Shown one piece after another: positions 12,501-25,024 of a stretch of DNA of 64,000 nucleotides. This DNA comes from Malacoraja senta. Its lineage: Eukaryota. The stretch's first letter is position 1, and each line of letters begins with the position of its first letter. Where the stretch lies: positions 2,544,001-2,608,000 of the forward strand of contig CM075993.1 of assembly GCA_038087875.1 (NCBI GenBank). Direction: 5' to 3'. The position numbers and the translations under genes were made by a program. A model generated the notes under the pieces. The model saw only the letters and a list, made by a program, of their open reading frames with translations, did no database searches and was not told the DNA's origin.

Positions 12501-12736
12501 ATTGTCATCATTGCATCAGAGGTACACTTCTAATTCATTTCATTATGTGTAAAGCTCTTTGGAACATCTTGAGTCCAAGGCTGGCACATAATATTCTTGC
12601 TTCTATTTAATTACATTTTACACGTAGAGCCTGACCTCATTCGAGCATAGAAGAACGAAAGATTTTATTAAAATATATAAGGTTCTGAGGGGACTTAACA
12701 AGATGGATACTGAGAAGATATTTCAACATCTCAATT

Positions 12737-13029
12737 GGTAGCGCAGCGGTAGAGTTGCTGCCTCACAGCGCCCGTGACCCGGGTTCGATCTCGACTACGG
12801 GTGCTGTCTGTACGGAGTTTGTACGTTCTCCATGTGACTTGCCTGGGTTTTCTCCGGTTTCCTCCCACACTCCGAAGATGTACAGGTTTGTAGGTCTATT
12901 GGCTTGGTATGAATGTAAATTGTCCCTGGTGTGTGTAGGATAGTGTTAGTGTGCGGGGATCGCTGGTCGGCGGTGACTCGGTGGGCCGAAGGGCCTGTTT
13001 CCCCGCTGTATCTCTAAACTAAACTAAAT
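12737..13029 (+). mobile_element. HE1-like SINE
   Basis: A box, B box, body and (TAAAC)n tail. Confidence 0.88.
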
Positions 13030-13176
13030 TGGGACACCATTTTTTGAGCCCATTCAATAAGAAGATGGCTGACCTCAATTCCACGTTCCCATCCATTGCA
13101 GTAACCACTTATGCCATTTCTCAGAAAGGATCCAGCAACGAACTGCCTTAAGAAATATTCTGCTTCCACCATGCTT

Positions 13177-13927
13177 AGAACATAGATACATAGATACATA
13201 GAAAATAGGTGCAGGAGTAGGCCATTCGGCCCTTCGAGCCTGCACCGCCATTCAATATGATCATGGCTGATCATCCAACTCAGTATCCCGTACCTGCCTT
13301 CTCTCCATACCCCCTGATCCCTTTAGCCACAAGGGCCACATCTAACTCCCTCTTAAATATAGCCAATGAACTGGCCTCAACTACCCTCTGTGGCAGAGAG
13401 TTCCAGAGATTCACCACTCTCTGTGTGAAAAAGTTTTTCCTCATCTCGGTCTTAAAGGATTTCCCCCTTATCCTTAAGCTGTGACCCCTTGTCCTGGACT
13501 TCCCCAACATTGGGAACAATCTTCCTGCATCTAGCCTGTCCAACCCCATAAGAATTTTGTACGTTTCTATAAGATCCCCTCTCAATCTCCTAAATTCTAG
13601 CGAGTATAAGCCAAGTCTATCCAGTCTTTCTTCATATGAAAGTCCTGACATCCCAGGAATCAGTCTGGTGAACCTTCTCTGCACTCCCTCTATGGCTATA
13701 ATGTCCTTCCTCAGATTTGGAGACCAAAACTGTACGCAATACTCCAGGTGTGGTCTCACCAAGACCCTGTACAACTGCAGTAGAACCTCCCTGCTCCTAT
13801 ACTCAAATCCTCTTGCTATGAAAGCCAACATACCATTCACTTTCTTCACTGCCTGCTGCACCTGCATGCCTACTTTCAATGACTGGTGTACCATGACACC
13901 CAGGTCTCGCTGCATCTCCCCATTTCC
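13177..13927 (-). mobile_element. CR1 LINE 3' fragment with an open 211-aa ORF2 C-terminus
   Basis: ORF 13280..13915: QRDLGV...LVRPHLEYCVQFWSP...FFTQRVVNLWNSLP; (CTATGTAT)n tail. Confidence 0.93.
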
Positions 13928-14249
13928 AACAGGAGACCTAAAGACTCATAACCCTTTGAGGGGAAGTATTTCACCTCAATTCTGTCTTTAGTAGAAATCT
14001 CTTCTTTCTAAACAGTGACGTCTTGTTTTAGTTAGTGTAGTTCAGTTTAGAGAAGCAGCGCTGGTTTAGTTTAGAGATACGTCTCAAGTCAGAAGTGAGA
14101 GGTATAACGAAGACAGGTGCAAAAAGCTCGAGTAACTCAGCGGGACAGGCAGCATCACTGGAGAGAAGGAATGGGTGACGTTTCGGGTCGAGACCCTTCT
14201 TCAGTCTGAGAGTCAGGGGAGAGGGAAAGGAGAGATATAGACGGTGATC

Positions 14250-17200
14250 AGATTCAGAATCAGAATCAGAATGCTTTATTGTCATGGCATGTGTCACATA
14301 CAACGAGATTACTGTGTCTCTCCATTTAAAAGAACTTCAAACATTCACATACTCATACTTTTTACACTCCCTCCCTCCCCAAACCCACCCATAGATTCAC
14401 ATTTACATAAATTAACACTGTCTCCCACCCCCCCTCCTTCCCCATAACCCGCTCCCAAGACAGAGTTCAGTTCCAAAATTGCTGATGGGTAAAAGCTGTT
14501 CTTGAGTCTGGCAGTGCGTGACTTACCTTTTTCCTGAGGGCAGCAGTGTGAAAAGGTGGTGACAAGGATGTGTAATGTCTTTCACGATATTACAGGTCCT
14601 GCTGTGGCATCTGGAGTGGTCAATGTCCTCCAGAGGGGAGGGGCAGGGGGAGTCCAATGATACCCTGGGCAGTTTTTATCACCCTCTGGAGAGCTGCTCT
14701 GTCAGCTGCTGAACAGTTCCCAAACCAGGCAGTTATGCAGTAAGTCAGTATGCTTTCTACCGAACAGCTACCACCCCCTCCCCTGGTACTTTCCCTTGCA
14801 ACCGCAAGAGATGCAACACTTGTCCCTTCACCTCCCCCCTCCACTCCATTCAAGGACCCAAGCAGTCGTTCCAGGTGCGACAGAGGTTCACCTGCATCTC
14901 CTCCAACCTCATCTATTGCATCCGCTGCTCTAGATGCCAGCTGATCTACATCGGTGAGACCAAGCGGAGGCTTGGCGATCGTTTCGCCGAACACCTCCGG
15001 TCGGTCCGCAATAACCAACCTGACCTCCTGGTGGCTCAGCACTTCAACTCCCCCTCCCATTCCGTATCTGACCTCTCTGTCCTGGGTCTCCTCCATGGCC
15101 ACAGCGAGCAACACCGTAAATTGGAGGAAATGCACCTCATATTCCGCCTGGGCAGTCTACATCCTGGGGGTTTGAACATTGAATTCTCCCAATTCTGCTA
15201 GCCCTTGCTGTCCCCTCCCCTTCATCAGCCCTCTGGTTGTCTCCTCCCCTCCCCCAGCCCTCAGGCTCCTCCTCCGCCTTTTTCCCTTTTTCCTTTCTTC
15301 TCCCCACCCCTTATCAGTCTGAAGAAGGGTTTCAGCCCGAAACGTTGCCTATTTCCTTCGCTCCATAGATGCTGCTGCACCCGCTATGTTTCTCCAGCAT
15401 TTTTGTGTACGGTAGAAAGACTCCAGCAGTTTAGCAGACAGATGGGCCTTCCTCAGTGTTCTGAGGAAGTAAAGTCTCTGTTGCGCCTTTTTTACAACTA
15501 CAGCAGAGTTCACAGACCATTTAAGATCCTCACTGATGTTGATCCCCAGAAATTTAAAACTAGGCACCCTCTCCACCTCCTCGCCCCCTATCTCCAGTGG
15601 CCTGAGCTCCGCTCTATGTCGCCTGAAATCAGTGATGATCTCCTTTGTCTTTTTAGTGTTCAGAGAGAGATGGTTGTGAGCACACCACTCAGGAAGTCTG
15701 CGCACCTCCTCTCTATAGGCGTCCTCGTTCCCATTTGAGATGAGCCCCACCACGGTTGTATCGTCCGCAAATTTTATGATCCCATTTGCGGGGTGATGGG
15801 GCAAGCAGTCATGTGTGGATAGGGCGTAGAGGAGCGGACTGAGCACACAGCCCTGCGGTGCTCCTGTGCTGAGGGTCGGGGATGTCGAGGTGTAGGGTCC
15901 AAGTCTCACCGTGTGTGGGCGTTCACTGGGAAAGTCCGATATCTACCGACACGGTTGACTGCTGAGGCCAAGGTCTAGCATTTTTGTGATCAGCTTGCTG
16001 GGTATGATTGTATTGAAAGCTGAGCTGTAATCAACAAAAAGCATCCTTCTCCTCTAGGTGTTGTAGTGCAGCATGGAGGACAGTGTTTAAGGCATCCTCT
16101 GGAGATCTATAGGCATACTGGTGTGGGTCGAGTGAGGGGGGGAGAGATAATTTAAGGTGACCTAGGACCAGCCTTTCAAAGCACTTGGAGACTACAGATG
16201 TAAGAGCAATGGGCCTGTAGTCATTGAGGGAGTTGATGTTTGTCTGTTTTCAGGCACGTTGGCACGGAGGAGTGTGCTAGGGAAAGGTTAAAAATGTCTG
16301 TGAATACCCCAGCGAGCTGGTGAGCACAGTCCCGGAGCACCCTGCCTGGGATCTCATCCGGGCCAGCAGCCTTACTAGCATTAACAGTTCTCAGGGCCCG
16401 CTTTACCTCCTCTAACTGGAGGGTGAGTGGCTGGTCAGCAGGGTCCAGTAGGAGAGAGGTTCGTTCATTCGGACCTCTCTCGAAACGGGCAAAAAAAGTG
16501 GTTGAGCTCCTCTGCCAGCGATGTATTTGCAGCTGTCGGGGGGCCCTGCTGCCCCTGAGGTTTGTTAGGTCATGTATTCCCTGCCACGTGCGTGCTGTAT
16601 CCCCGGAGGTGAAATGGTCCTCGATCTTCTCCTTGTAGGACATTTTAGCTGATTTAATGCCCCGCTTAAGGTTGTGTCTGACAGGCAGCGCTGTACAGTT
16701 CTTTGTTGCCAGATTTGTGGGCCAAGTCCCGCTCCTTCAGAAGACGCTGGACCTCCGTAGTCATCCGTGGTTTCCTGTTCGGAAAGACACGGATGCACTT
16801 GTTGATGGTGACACATTCCACACAACATCTGATTTAGAAGAGTACTGCTACAGCGTACTCTTCTAGGTTCTGGTTATAAAATAGACTCCAGTCTGTGCTC
16901 TGAAAGCAGTCCTGCAGTTGTAAGGTTGCATCCTCTGGCCAAGTTTTAATGATCCTGGTGGTGGGTTTCTGCTTTCTACTGATGGGGATGTAGGCTGGGA
17001 TTATCAACAATGACTGGTGGTCTGACTGTCCAAGGTGGGGGAGGGCTAAGGCTCTGTAACCTTTAGGAATGTTAGAATAAACACAGTCTAGTGTGTTTTC
17101 CCCTCGAGTTGGGCATTTAACATGTTGCACAAACCGTGGCAGTACTTTCTTTAAGTTGGTGTGATTAAAGTCACCAGCCACGATAAAAAAAACATCAGGA

Positions 17201-17430
17201 TGTGAGTTCTGTTGTTTGTTGATCACATTTAGCAGGTAGCCCAGTGCTACATTAGCTTTAGCCTCCAGAGCTAAGTACACGGCTGTAATAAAAAACACAG
17301 AAAACTCTCTTGGGAGATGGTAGGGTCTGCATTTAACTACCATCATTTCTAGGTCTGGTGAGCAATATCTCTCAGTAACAGTAGCATCCGTAGTCCAGTT
17401 ATTGTCCGTAAAAACAACCAGGCCCCCCTG
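14250..17430 (-). mobile_element. Decayed Rex-Babar LINE (APE endonuclease + reverse transcriptase), interrupted by a Penelope fragment
   Basis: APE motifs AGDFNH, TRGENTLD, LGQSDH (16834..17529); RT motifs KAAGPDEIPG, TGAPQGCVLSPLLY, KFADDTT, LNTKKTKE, FKFLG; frameshifts between ORF pieces; (ATTCTG)n tail near 14250. Confidence 0.9.
14769..15409 (+). mobile_element. Penelope-like element 3' fragment: GIY-YIG endonuclease C-terminus + terminal repeat
   Basis: ORF 14875..15201 NLIYCIRCSRC..IYIGETKRRLGDRFAEH...HFN...GLN; followed by the CTGAAGAAGGG...CGAAACG repeat; it splits the Rex reading frame (ESFYR | SVESILTY). Confidence 0.88.
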
Positions 17431-17915
17431 TGGAGAGATATAGAACAAATGAATGAAAGATATGCAAAAAAGTAATGATGATAAAGGCAGATAGGTCTGG
17501 TTTGCAGCTTTCAAACCAAGGCAGCTCATGCCTTTGAATATTTATTAATGAACTGTGCCCTTGGAGAGTTCCTTTCACATTGTCTATTGCATGAACAATA
17601 GGGATCTATATTATTTAATGTAGGGCTTGTGTTTAATTATGTATGTTAATTTTGAGCATATCTTTATGAGATTATTAAAATTTTTGCAGGTTAAATTAAT
17701 ACAGCTTTGGAAGTCAAATGAAGCATTTTGCAGGAATCTAAAAAGTATTTATTCAGATTGGTTAACCTGTAGGAAGTGACAGAGAGATTACCATCGACTT
17801 CCCACCAAGACGACACCTAATTTGTACCCTGCAGGGAAATTATTTCATTGCACTGGCATGTAAAAGGTGCAACAATTAAAGTATTCATATCAGATAGATC
17901 TGAAGTTAATTATTT

Positions 17916-18200
17916 TTAGTTCAGTTTAGTTTAGAAATACAGAGCGGAAACAGGCCCTTCGGCCCATCGTGTCTGCACCGACCAGCGATCCCCGCACATT
18001 AACACTACCCTACACACACTGGAGACAACTTATATTCATACCAAGCCCAATAACCTGCAAACCTGCACGTCTTTGGGAAACCGAAGATCTCAGAGAAAAC
18101 CCACGGGGTCACGGGGAGAACGTGCAAACTCCGTACAGACAGCATCCGCGGTCGTGATCGAACCCGGGTCTCCGGCGCTGCGAGGCAGCAACTCTACTGC
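17916..18200 (-). mobile_element. HE1-like SINE
   Basis: Tail, body and B box on minus. Confidence 0.85.
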
Positions 18201-18284
18201 TGACACCAAATTATGTTTAAGTTGGCAATATTTTTCATTCTATAAGGTGTACATACTTCATTTCGATCATTAGAAGACACTTTC

Positions 18285-18366
18285 TTTACTGTGGCCGAGT
18301 GGGCTAATGCGCTAGATTAAGGCTCCAGCCTTTGCAGAGATGTGGGTTCGAATCCCACCACCGCTA
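18285..18366 (+). pseudogene. tRNA-Leu(AAG) pseudogene
   Basis: GTGGCCGAGTGGGCTAATGCGCTAGATTAAGGCTCCAG...GTGGGTTCGAATCCCACC follows vertebrate tRNA-Leu-AAG; anticodon AAG at 18319-18321; acceptor stem cannot pair and the anticodon stem has a mismatch. Confidence 0.8.
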
Positions 18367-18486
18367 TTTGTGTGTCGACTTATTACTTATTAAAGGTGGC
18401 ACAGTGGTAGAGCTGCTGGCACACAGTGCCGGAGACCGAGGTTCGATCCTGACCTCAGGGTTGGTCTGAGTGGAAACCCGTGACTG

Positions 18487-18955
18487 GAAACTCAATGCTA
18501 GCATTTATTTCAAGAGGGCTTGAATACAAAAACAGGGATGTAACGCTGAGGCTCTACAAGGTGCTGGTTAGTCCGCATTTGGAATATTGTGAGCAATTTT
18601 GGGCCCCGTATCTGAGGAAGGGTGTGCTGGCTCTGGAGAGGATCCAGAGGAGGTCTACGAGAATGATCCCAAGAATGAGTTGCTTAACCTATGATGAGCG
18701 TTTGTCGGCACTGGGCCTGTACTCGCTGGAGTTTAGAAGAATGAGGGGGGGACCTCATTGAAACGTACAGAATAGTGAAAGGCTTGGATAGAGTGGATGC
18801 GGAGAGGATGTTTCCACGAGTGGGAGAGTCCAGGACTAGAGGTCACAGCCTCAAAAATAAAGGACGTTCTTATACGAAGGAGATGAGGATAAATGTCTTT
18901 AGTCAGAGGGTGGTGAATCTGTGGCATTCTGCCACAGAGGGCTGTGGAGGCCAAA
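18487..18955 (+). mobile_element. CR1 LINE fragment (frameshifted)
   Basis: LYKVLVSPHLEYCEQFWAPYL and FSQRVVNLW peptides in ORFs 18480..18761 and 18775..19041. Confidence 0.9.
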
Positions 18956-19307
18956 TTAGCTGGGAAGAAACTGTCCCTGAATCTGGTGATGTTAGGGGTA
19001 AGGGTTCCGACTCGAAAGGTCATCTATCCATGTTTTCTTAGAGATACTGCCTGACCAGCTGAGTTACTCCAGCACGTTGTGTCCTAAGCTGTTACGATGA
19101 TTGATTTAACACTCTTCTGTCTATGTGGGTGGTAAAAATTTCCTTTCCGAATGTCTATGAAATTTAAATGAATTTGAGTTTGAAGTGTGTGTTGGTTATA
19201 AATCAGTGTCGGGTACATTATGATCATTTTTCTTCCATTGAATTGTAATTAATTATGACTCTTCAACTAATTCCTCAATACCTTCGGAAGAGAGCATTCT
19301 ATACATC

Positions 19308-19625
19308 GAAGGTAGACAAAAATGCTGGAGAAACTCAGCGGGTGAGGCAGCATCTATGGAGCGAAGGAATAGGTGACGTTTCGGGTCGAGACCAGGAAGC
19401 ATCTATGGAGTGAAGGAATAGGTGACGTTTCAGGTCGAGACCAGGAAGCATCTATGGAGTGAAGGAATAGGTGACGTTTCGGGTCGAGACCAGGAAGCAT
19501 CTATAGAGTGAAGGAATAGGTGACGTCACCTATTCCTTCGTCCCATAGATGCTGCCTCTCCCGCTGAGTTTCTCCAGCATTTTTGCCTCCCTTCGATTTT
19601 CCAGCATCTGCAGTTCTTTCTTAAA
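19308..19625. mobile_element. Foldback Penelope-derived mini-element with internal 49-bp tandem units and TSD
   Basis: Inverted arms; units start at 19350, 19399, 19448 and 19497; TSD CATTC(T/C)ATACATC at 19295-19307 / 19626-19638. Confidence 0.82.
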
Positions 19626-19821
19626 CATTCCATACATCAAAGTCACACAGAGTTAAAATATAGAACGGGTTGTATTATTGAATTACAATTACTCTAAATT
19701 ACACCACAAATCTGTAATCACCCTGATTGTAGACTCGCATTTTGTGAAGACTACTTTCATCACCAAATGCTAAACGCATTATCCGCATTCTTTATTACTA
19801 ATTTCAATCTTTAATTCAATC

Positions 19822-20610
19822 TAGTTTAGTTTAGAGATACAGCGCGGAAACAGGCCCTTCAGCCCACCGAGTCCGCACCGACTGAACAGTCACCCCATAC
19901 TATCCCACACACACCAGGGACAAATCACAATTTTTACCCAAGCCAATTATCCTACAAACCTGTACGTCTTTGGAGGGGAGAAACCGGAGCGCCCGGGGAA
20001 AACCCACATGATCACACGGAGAACGTACAAACTCCGTACCAATTGGAGTTTAGAAGGATGAGCCATTGAAACATATAAGATTGTTAAGGGCTTGGACACG
20101 CTAGAGGCAGGAAACATGTTCCCGATGTTGGGGGAGTCCAGAACCAGGGGCCACACACAGATTAAGAATAAGGGGTAAGCCATTTAGAACGGAGACGAGG
20201 AAACACTTTTCCACCCAGAGAGTTGTGAATCTGTGGCCATTTGGGACTGAGATGAGGAGAAACTTCTCCACCCGGAGAGTTGTGAATCTGTGGAATTCTC
20301 TGCCTCAGAGGGCGGTGGAGGCAGGTTCTCTGGATGCTTTCAAGAGAGAGCTCGATAGGGCTCTTAAAAATAGCGGAGTCAGGGGATATGGGGAGAAGGC
20401 AGGAACGGGGTACTGATTGGGGATGATCAGCCATGATCACATTGAATGGCGGTGCTGGCTCGAAGGGCCGAATGGCCTACTCCTGCACCTATTGTCTATT
20501 GTCTATTGTCTATTGTCAATATTGTCTATTGCACCCGTAGTCAGGATCGAACCCGGGTCTCCGGCGCTGCACTCGCTGTAAGGCAGCAACTCTACCGCTG
20601 CGCCACCGTG
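19822..20610 (-). mobile_element. HE1-like SINE interrupted by a plus-strand CR1 3' fragment (about 20043-20530)
   Basis: SINE halves rejoin across the CR1 insert, which has an (ATTGTCT)n tail. Confidence 0.82.
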
Positions 20611-21260
20611 CAAATGTAGTCAAAAGGTAGAAACAAAGGGCAGCGGATGCTGGTTAATACACAAAAGGACGCAGAGTGGTGGAGTATCAGCAGGTCAGGC
20701 AGCATCTCAGGAGAACATGGATAGATGACACATTGAGTCGAGACCTTTTCATCAGACTGAGATACTCCAGCACTTTGTGTCCCTTTGTGGAGATGATTGG
20801 CCTTGACCTTTCCATGTCACCTATCCATGTTCTCCACAGATGCTGCCTGACCCGCTGAGTTACTCCAGCACTCTGTGAAACGTCACCTATCCATGTTCTC
20901 CACAGATGCTGCCTGACCCGCTGAGTTACTCCAGCACTCTGTGTCATACAGTGTTAATCATTCAACTCTCTTTGTTTGTGTTAAACATTTGAAATGCTTT
21001 TATCACTGTGTTGAAAATCAGGGCATGCTTCCGCACATCCTTGATGTTTAATTAGGGTTGCCAGCAAGGAATTATTAAGCGTAAAAGAATCAACAATGTT
21101 TAATTAGGTGACAAAAGAAAAGAGTGCAGTCAGTATTTATTAGAATAATAGTCTGAAGGCTAATCTTTTGTTTCCAATGTAATTAGTTTCACATCCTGCC
21201 ACAACCAGAGAGCAGTGCTGAACTACTATCTACCTCTTTGGTGACCCTCCGACTATCCTT

Positions 21261-21565
21261 TGTTTGAGAAAGAACTGCAGATGCTGGAAAAATCGAAGCT
21301 AGACAAAAATGCTGGAGAAACTCGGCGGGTGAGGCAGCATCTATGGAGCGAAGGAATAGGTGACGTTTCGGGTCGAGACCCTTCCGGGTCTCGACCCGAA
21401 ACGTCACCTATTCCTTCGCTCCATAGATGCTTCCTAGTCTCGACCCGAAACGTCACCTATTCCTTCGCTCCATAGATGCTTCCTAGTCTCGACCCGAAAC
21501 GTCACCTATTCCTTCGCTCCATAGATGCTGCCTCACCCGCTGAGTTTCTCCAGCATTTCTGTCTA
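21261..21565. mobile_element. Foldback Penelope-derived mini-element with TSD
   Basis: Inverted arms, 49-bp internal repeats; TSD CCTC(C/G)GACTATCCTT at 21246-21260 / 21566-21580. Confidence 0.82.
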
Positions 21566-22139
21566 CCTCGGACTATCCTTGACCAGAGTCTGCTGGCTTT
21601 ACCTTGCACCAGAGAGCAGTGCTGAACTACTATCCACCTCATTGGTGACCCTCGGACTATCCTTGACCAGACTTTGCTGGCTTTACCTTGCACTTACAGT
21701 GTGCAGATCCCTTATCATGTATCTGCACACTGTAAACGGCTCGATTGTAATCATGTATTGTCTTTCCACTGACTGGTTAGCACGCAACTAAAGCTTTTCA
21801 CTGTACCTCGGTACACGTGACAGTAAACTGAACTCAACTGAACGGGCAACTTCAAAAACACATCGTCGCAAAGTTCTTCTGCTTTTCGGCTTGTTGGACT
21901 ATAATTTGGGAGCACTGATGATACTACAGGCAGCTGCACAAGCTGATGAAATATTTAGTGTCGTCTGGCATCTGATCTGATCACTTTCTGAGCTCATCAT
22001 TCAAGTTGTGGAAGAGGGAATCCATGTTCTGCCAAGTGTTTGATGTTCTGAGGTCGGGCGGGAGGGAGGTGAGGAATTGTGTAGGAAGGAACTACAGGTG
22101 CTGGTTGTAACCGAAGACAGACACAAAAAGTTGGAGTAA

Positions 22140-22366
22140 AGGGCCCGTCCCACTTTCACGACCCAATTCACGACCTCTGCCGAGTTTGCCCTTGACATAC
22201 TCGCAGCATAGTCGGCACGAGGTCGTAGGTAGATCGTAGGTAGGTCGTGATGCTAGTCGTAGGTACTCGTGGCATCAAGTAGGTCGGGGCGTTTTTTCTA
22301 GCCTGATGAAAAATGTCCACGAGTGAAAAAGGTCGTGAATTAGGTCGTGAAAGTGGGGCAGGCCCT
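22140..22366. mobile_element. PIF/Harbinger-type MITE
   Basis: TIR AGGGCC(C/T)G(T/C)CCCACTTTCACGACC; TAA TSD at 22137-22139 / 22367-22369; the host repeat rejoins across it. Confidence 0.88.
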
Positions 22367-22865
22367 TAAATCGGCAGGACAGGCAGCGTCTCTGGAGAGA
22401 AGGAATGGGTGACGTTTCGTGTCGAGACCCTTCTCCAGACTGGGCTGATATCGTAAACACAGAAAACGCTGACAGTGTAGAAAATTTCATTGGGTCTCAA
22501 GGGCAGTCACGACTCTATGACAATCATTCGATATACGTCAACCGATAGCCGCTTCATTCCATTCCTTTTATGGTGAAAAATCTCTTTGGTTGCCAAGAGG
22601 CAACTGAACAAATGGCACTACAGTATGGGTGACACGGTGGCGCAGCGGTAGAGTTGCTGCCTCACGGCGCCAGAGACCCGGGTTCGATTCTGACTGCAGG
22701 TGCTGTTTGTACGGAGTTTGTACGTTGGATGATCAGCCATGATCATATTGAATGGCGGTGCTGGCTCGAAGGGCCGAATGGCCTACTCCTGCACCTATTT
22801 TCTATGTTTCTATGTTCTCGCGTGGGTTTTCTCCGAGATCTTCAATTCCTCCCCACACTCCAAAG

Positions 22866-23525
22866 AATTGAATTGAATGCTGTTTATTGTCATTCAAGCC
22901 TAGGCTTGAACGAAATTTCATTCCTACAGTTTTGTTTTACATTACAAAAAAAACCACAAGACCCACACTTAACACAGTTTACATAAACATCCATCACAGT
23001 GAGTCTCCAACACCTCCTCACTGTGATGGAAGGCAAAGTCTTATCTCTTCCCTTTATTCTTCACCCGCGGTCCAGCAGTCCAACTGCAGCGTCTAGGCGA
23101 ACTGGGGCTCCGGTGTTAGAGCCCCCGGCGGGCGATGGTAAGTCCCGTCCGTGTCCTTTGAACCTCGCGATTCCAGCGGGAGAAGTTGCCGTTGCGGGAG
23201 CTCCGAAAAGCTCCCACAGCTCTCCCCGCTCCGAAGCCGGCCAGCTCCGCGATGTCAGGTCCCAGGCTCCGCGACTGGAGCCCTCAGGTTGGTCCCGGCC
23301 GGAGGCTCCGCAATGTTAGGCCCAACGACATCGGAGATCCGACAGGGAAAAAGTCGGGTCCCCGTACAGGGAAGAGATTAACGGTTTCCCCAACATCCCC
23401 CCCCTCCACCCCCCACATATACACAGCTAAAAAATAATAAAAACTAAGCTCCAGACATACATTTAACAAGACAAAAAATAAAAAAAAGACGGACGACTGT
23501 AGTTGAGCCGCTGCCGTTAGGCACC
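22866..23525 (-). mobile_element. GC-rich non-autonomous retroposon with a Rex-like 3' end
   Basis: Minus strand ends ATGACAATAAA + (TTCAA)n; 3' part similar to 1076-1330; layout similar to 33690-34475; no coding motifs. Confidence 0.6.
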
Positions 23526-23888
23526 GCCACTCCCACGCCACTCCCACGCCACTCCCACGCCACTCCCACCGCCACTCCCATGCCACTCCCACGCCACTCC
23601 CACGCCACTCCCACGCCACTCCCACGCCACTCCCACCGCCACTCCCACCGCCACTCCCACCGCCACTCCCACCGCCACTCCCACGCCACTCCCACCGCCA
23701 CTCCCACGCCACTCCCACGCCACTCCCACGCCACTCCCACCGCCACTCCCACGCCACTCCCACGCCACTCCCACGCCACTCCCACCGCCACTCCCACGCC
23801 ACTCCCACCGCCACTCCCACCGCCACTCCCACGCCACTCCCACGCCACTCCCACCGCCACTCCCACCGCCACTCCCACGCCACTCCCA
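23525..23888. repeat. Minisatellite of GCCACTCCCAC / GCCACTCCCACC (11/12-bp units)
   Basis: About 30 near-perfect units of two interspersed length variants. Confidence 0.95.
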
Positions 23889-24069
23889 AGAAGTTAATTG
23901 GCTTGGTATAAATTGGTATACATTTAAATTGTCCCTAGTGTGTGTGGGGTAGCGTTTAATGTGCGGGGATCGCTGGTCGGCGCGGACTCGGTGGGCCGAT
24001 GGGCCTGTTTCTGCGCCATATCTCTAAACTAAACTAAACTAATCTAAACTGAACTAAAATTTGGAAAGA

Positions 24070-24365
24070 GATTTAGTTGAGTTTAGTTCAGAGATACAGC
24101 GGGGAAACAACCCCTCTGTCCCACCGACCAGCGATCCCCATATTCTAGCACTATCCTACACACACTGGGGACAATTTACATTTACACATACACCAAGCCA
24201 ATTAACCTACAAACCTGTACGTCTTTGGGGTGTGGGGGGAAACCGAAGATCTCGGAGAAAACCCACGCAGGCCTCGGGGAGAACGTACAAACTCCGCACA
24301 GACAGCACCCGTAGTCGGGATCGAACCCGGGTCTCTGGCGCTTAGAGGCAGCAACTCTACCGCTG
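24070..24365 (-). mobile_element. HE1-like SINE, tail-to-tail with the preceding copy
   Basis: Body and B box on minus. Confidence 0.85.
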
Positions 24366-24712
24366 TTGCCCCTTATGCCAGCAGTGTTGGATGAGGAAAG
24401 ATGTGAGAAGGATCAAATGGACCATTGGAGCCAAGATGAAATGCTTGGGCCGAATGGCCTATTTCTACGCAGAATATCCTCGGATATCTAACATGTTTTG
24501 TGTGTGCTTACTGCTCTTGCTCTGATATTTACCTGCAGGATAACTATCACACCGTGTGAGTCTTCAGGCGCTGTTTGCTCGAGCATGTTGACCTAATGTA
24601 AATGCACACAAAAAAACAAAGAGGGTCTGAGCAAAGAGGATTTCGATGCTCTGAAAGGATTCAATTATTTGAGGAGTAATATTGCAGTACAAACTTAAAT
24701 CTAGGAAGAGAT

Positions 24713-24913
24713 AATAGACAATAGACAATAGGTGCAGGAGTAGGCCATTCGGCCCTTCGAGCCAGCACCGCCATTCAATGTGATCATGGCTGATCGTCCC
24801 CAATCAGTACCCCGTTCCTGCCTTCTCCCCATATCCCCTGACTCCGCTATTTTTAAGAGCCCTATCTAGCTCTCTCTTGAAAGTATCCAGAGAACCTGCC
24901 TCCACCGCCCTCT
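24713..24913 (-). mobile_element. CR1 3' end, (ATTGTCT)n tail
   Basis: RAVEAGSLDTFKRELD...GYGEKAGTGY peptide. Confidence 0.88.
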
Positions 24914-25024
24914 CAGTTGGATCAGTGGTCTCTGTGTTGGCAATGATGTTCAGGAGGTGCAACAATGACACTCCAACAGGAGACTGCACAATGATCTCCC
25001 GGCTGCCAAGCGCTTTAACTCCCC

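Larger units (their letters stand above)
22628..24059 (+). mobile_element. HE1-like SINE with nested CR1 tail, GC-rich retroposon and minisatellite
   Basis: SINE head 22628-22725, CR1 tail about 22726-22813, SINE resumes, then completes at 23893-24059. Confidence 0.75.

Noticed and set aside
14875..15201. GIY-YIG ORF as a stand-alone homing endonuclease or host nuclease
   Set aside because: It is 5'-truncated, followed by the Penelope terminal repeat, inserted in another TE, and has several decayed paralogues in the window.
23284..23897. Long ORFs with WEWR / GVAV / HSH repeats
   Set aside because: They are translations of a stop-free minisatellite and are open in several frames.
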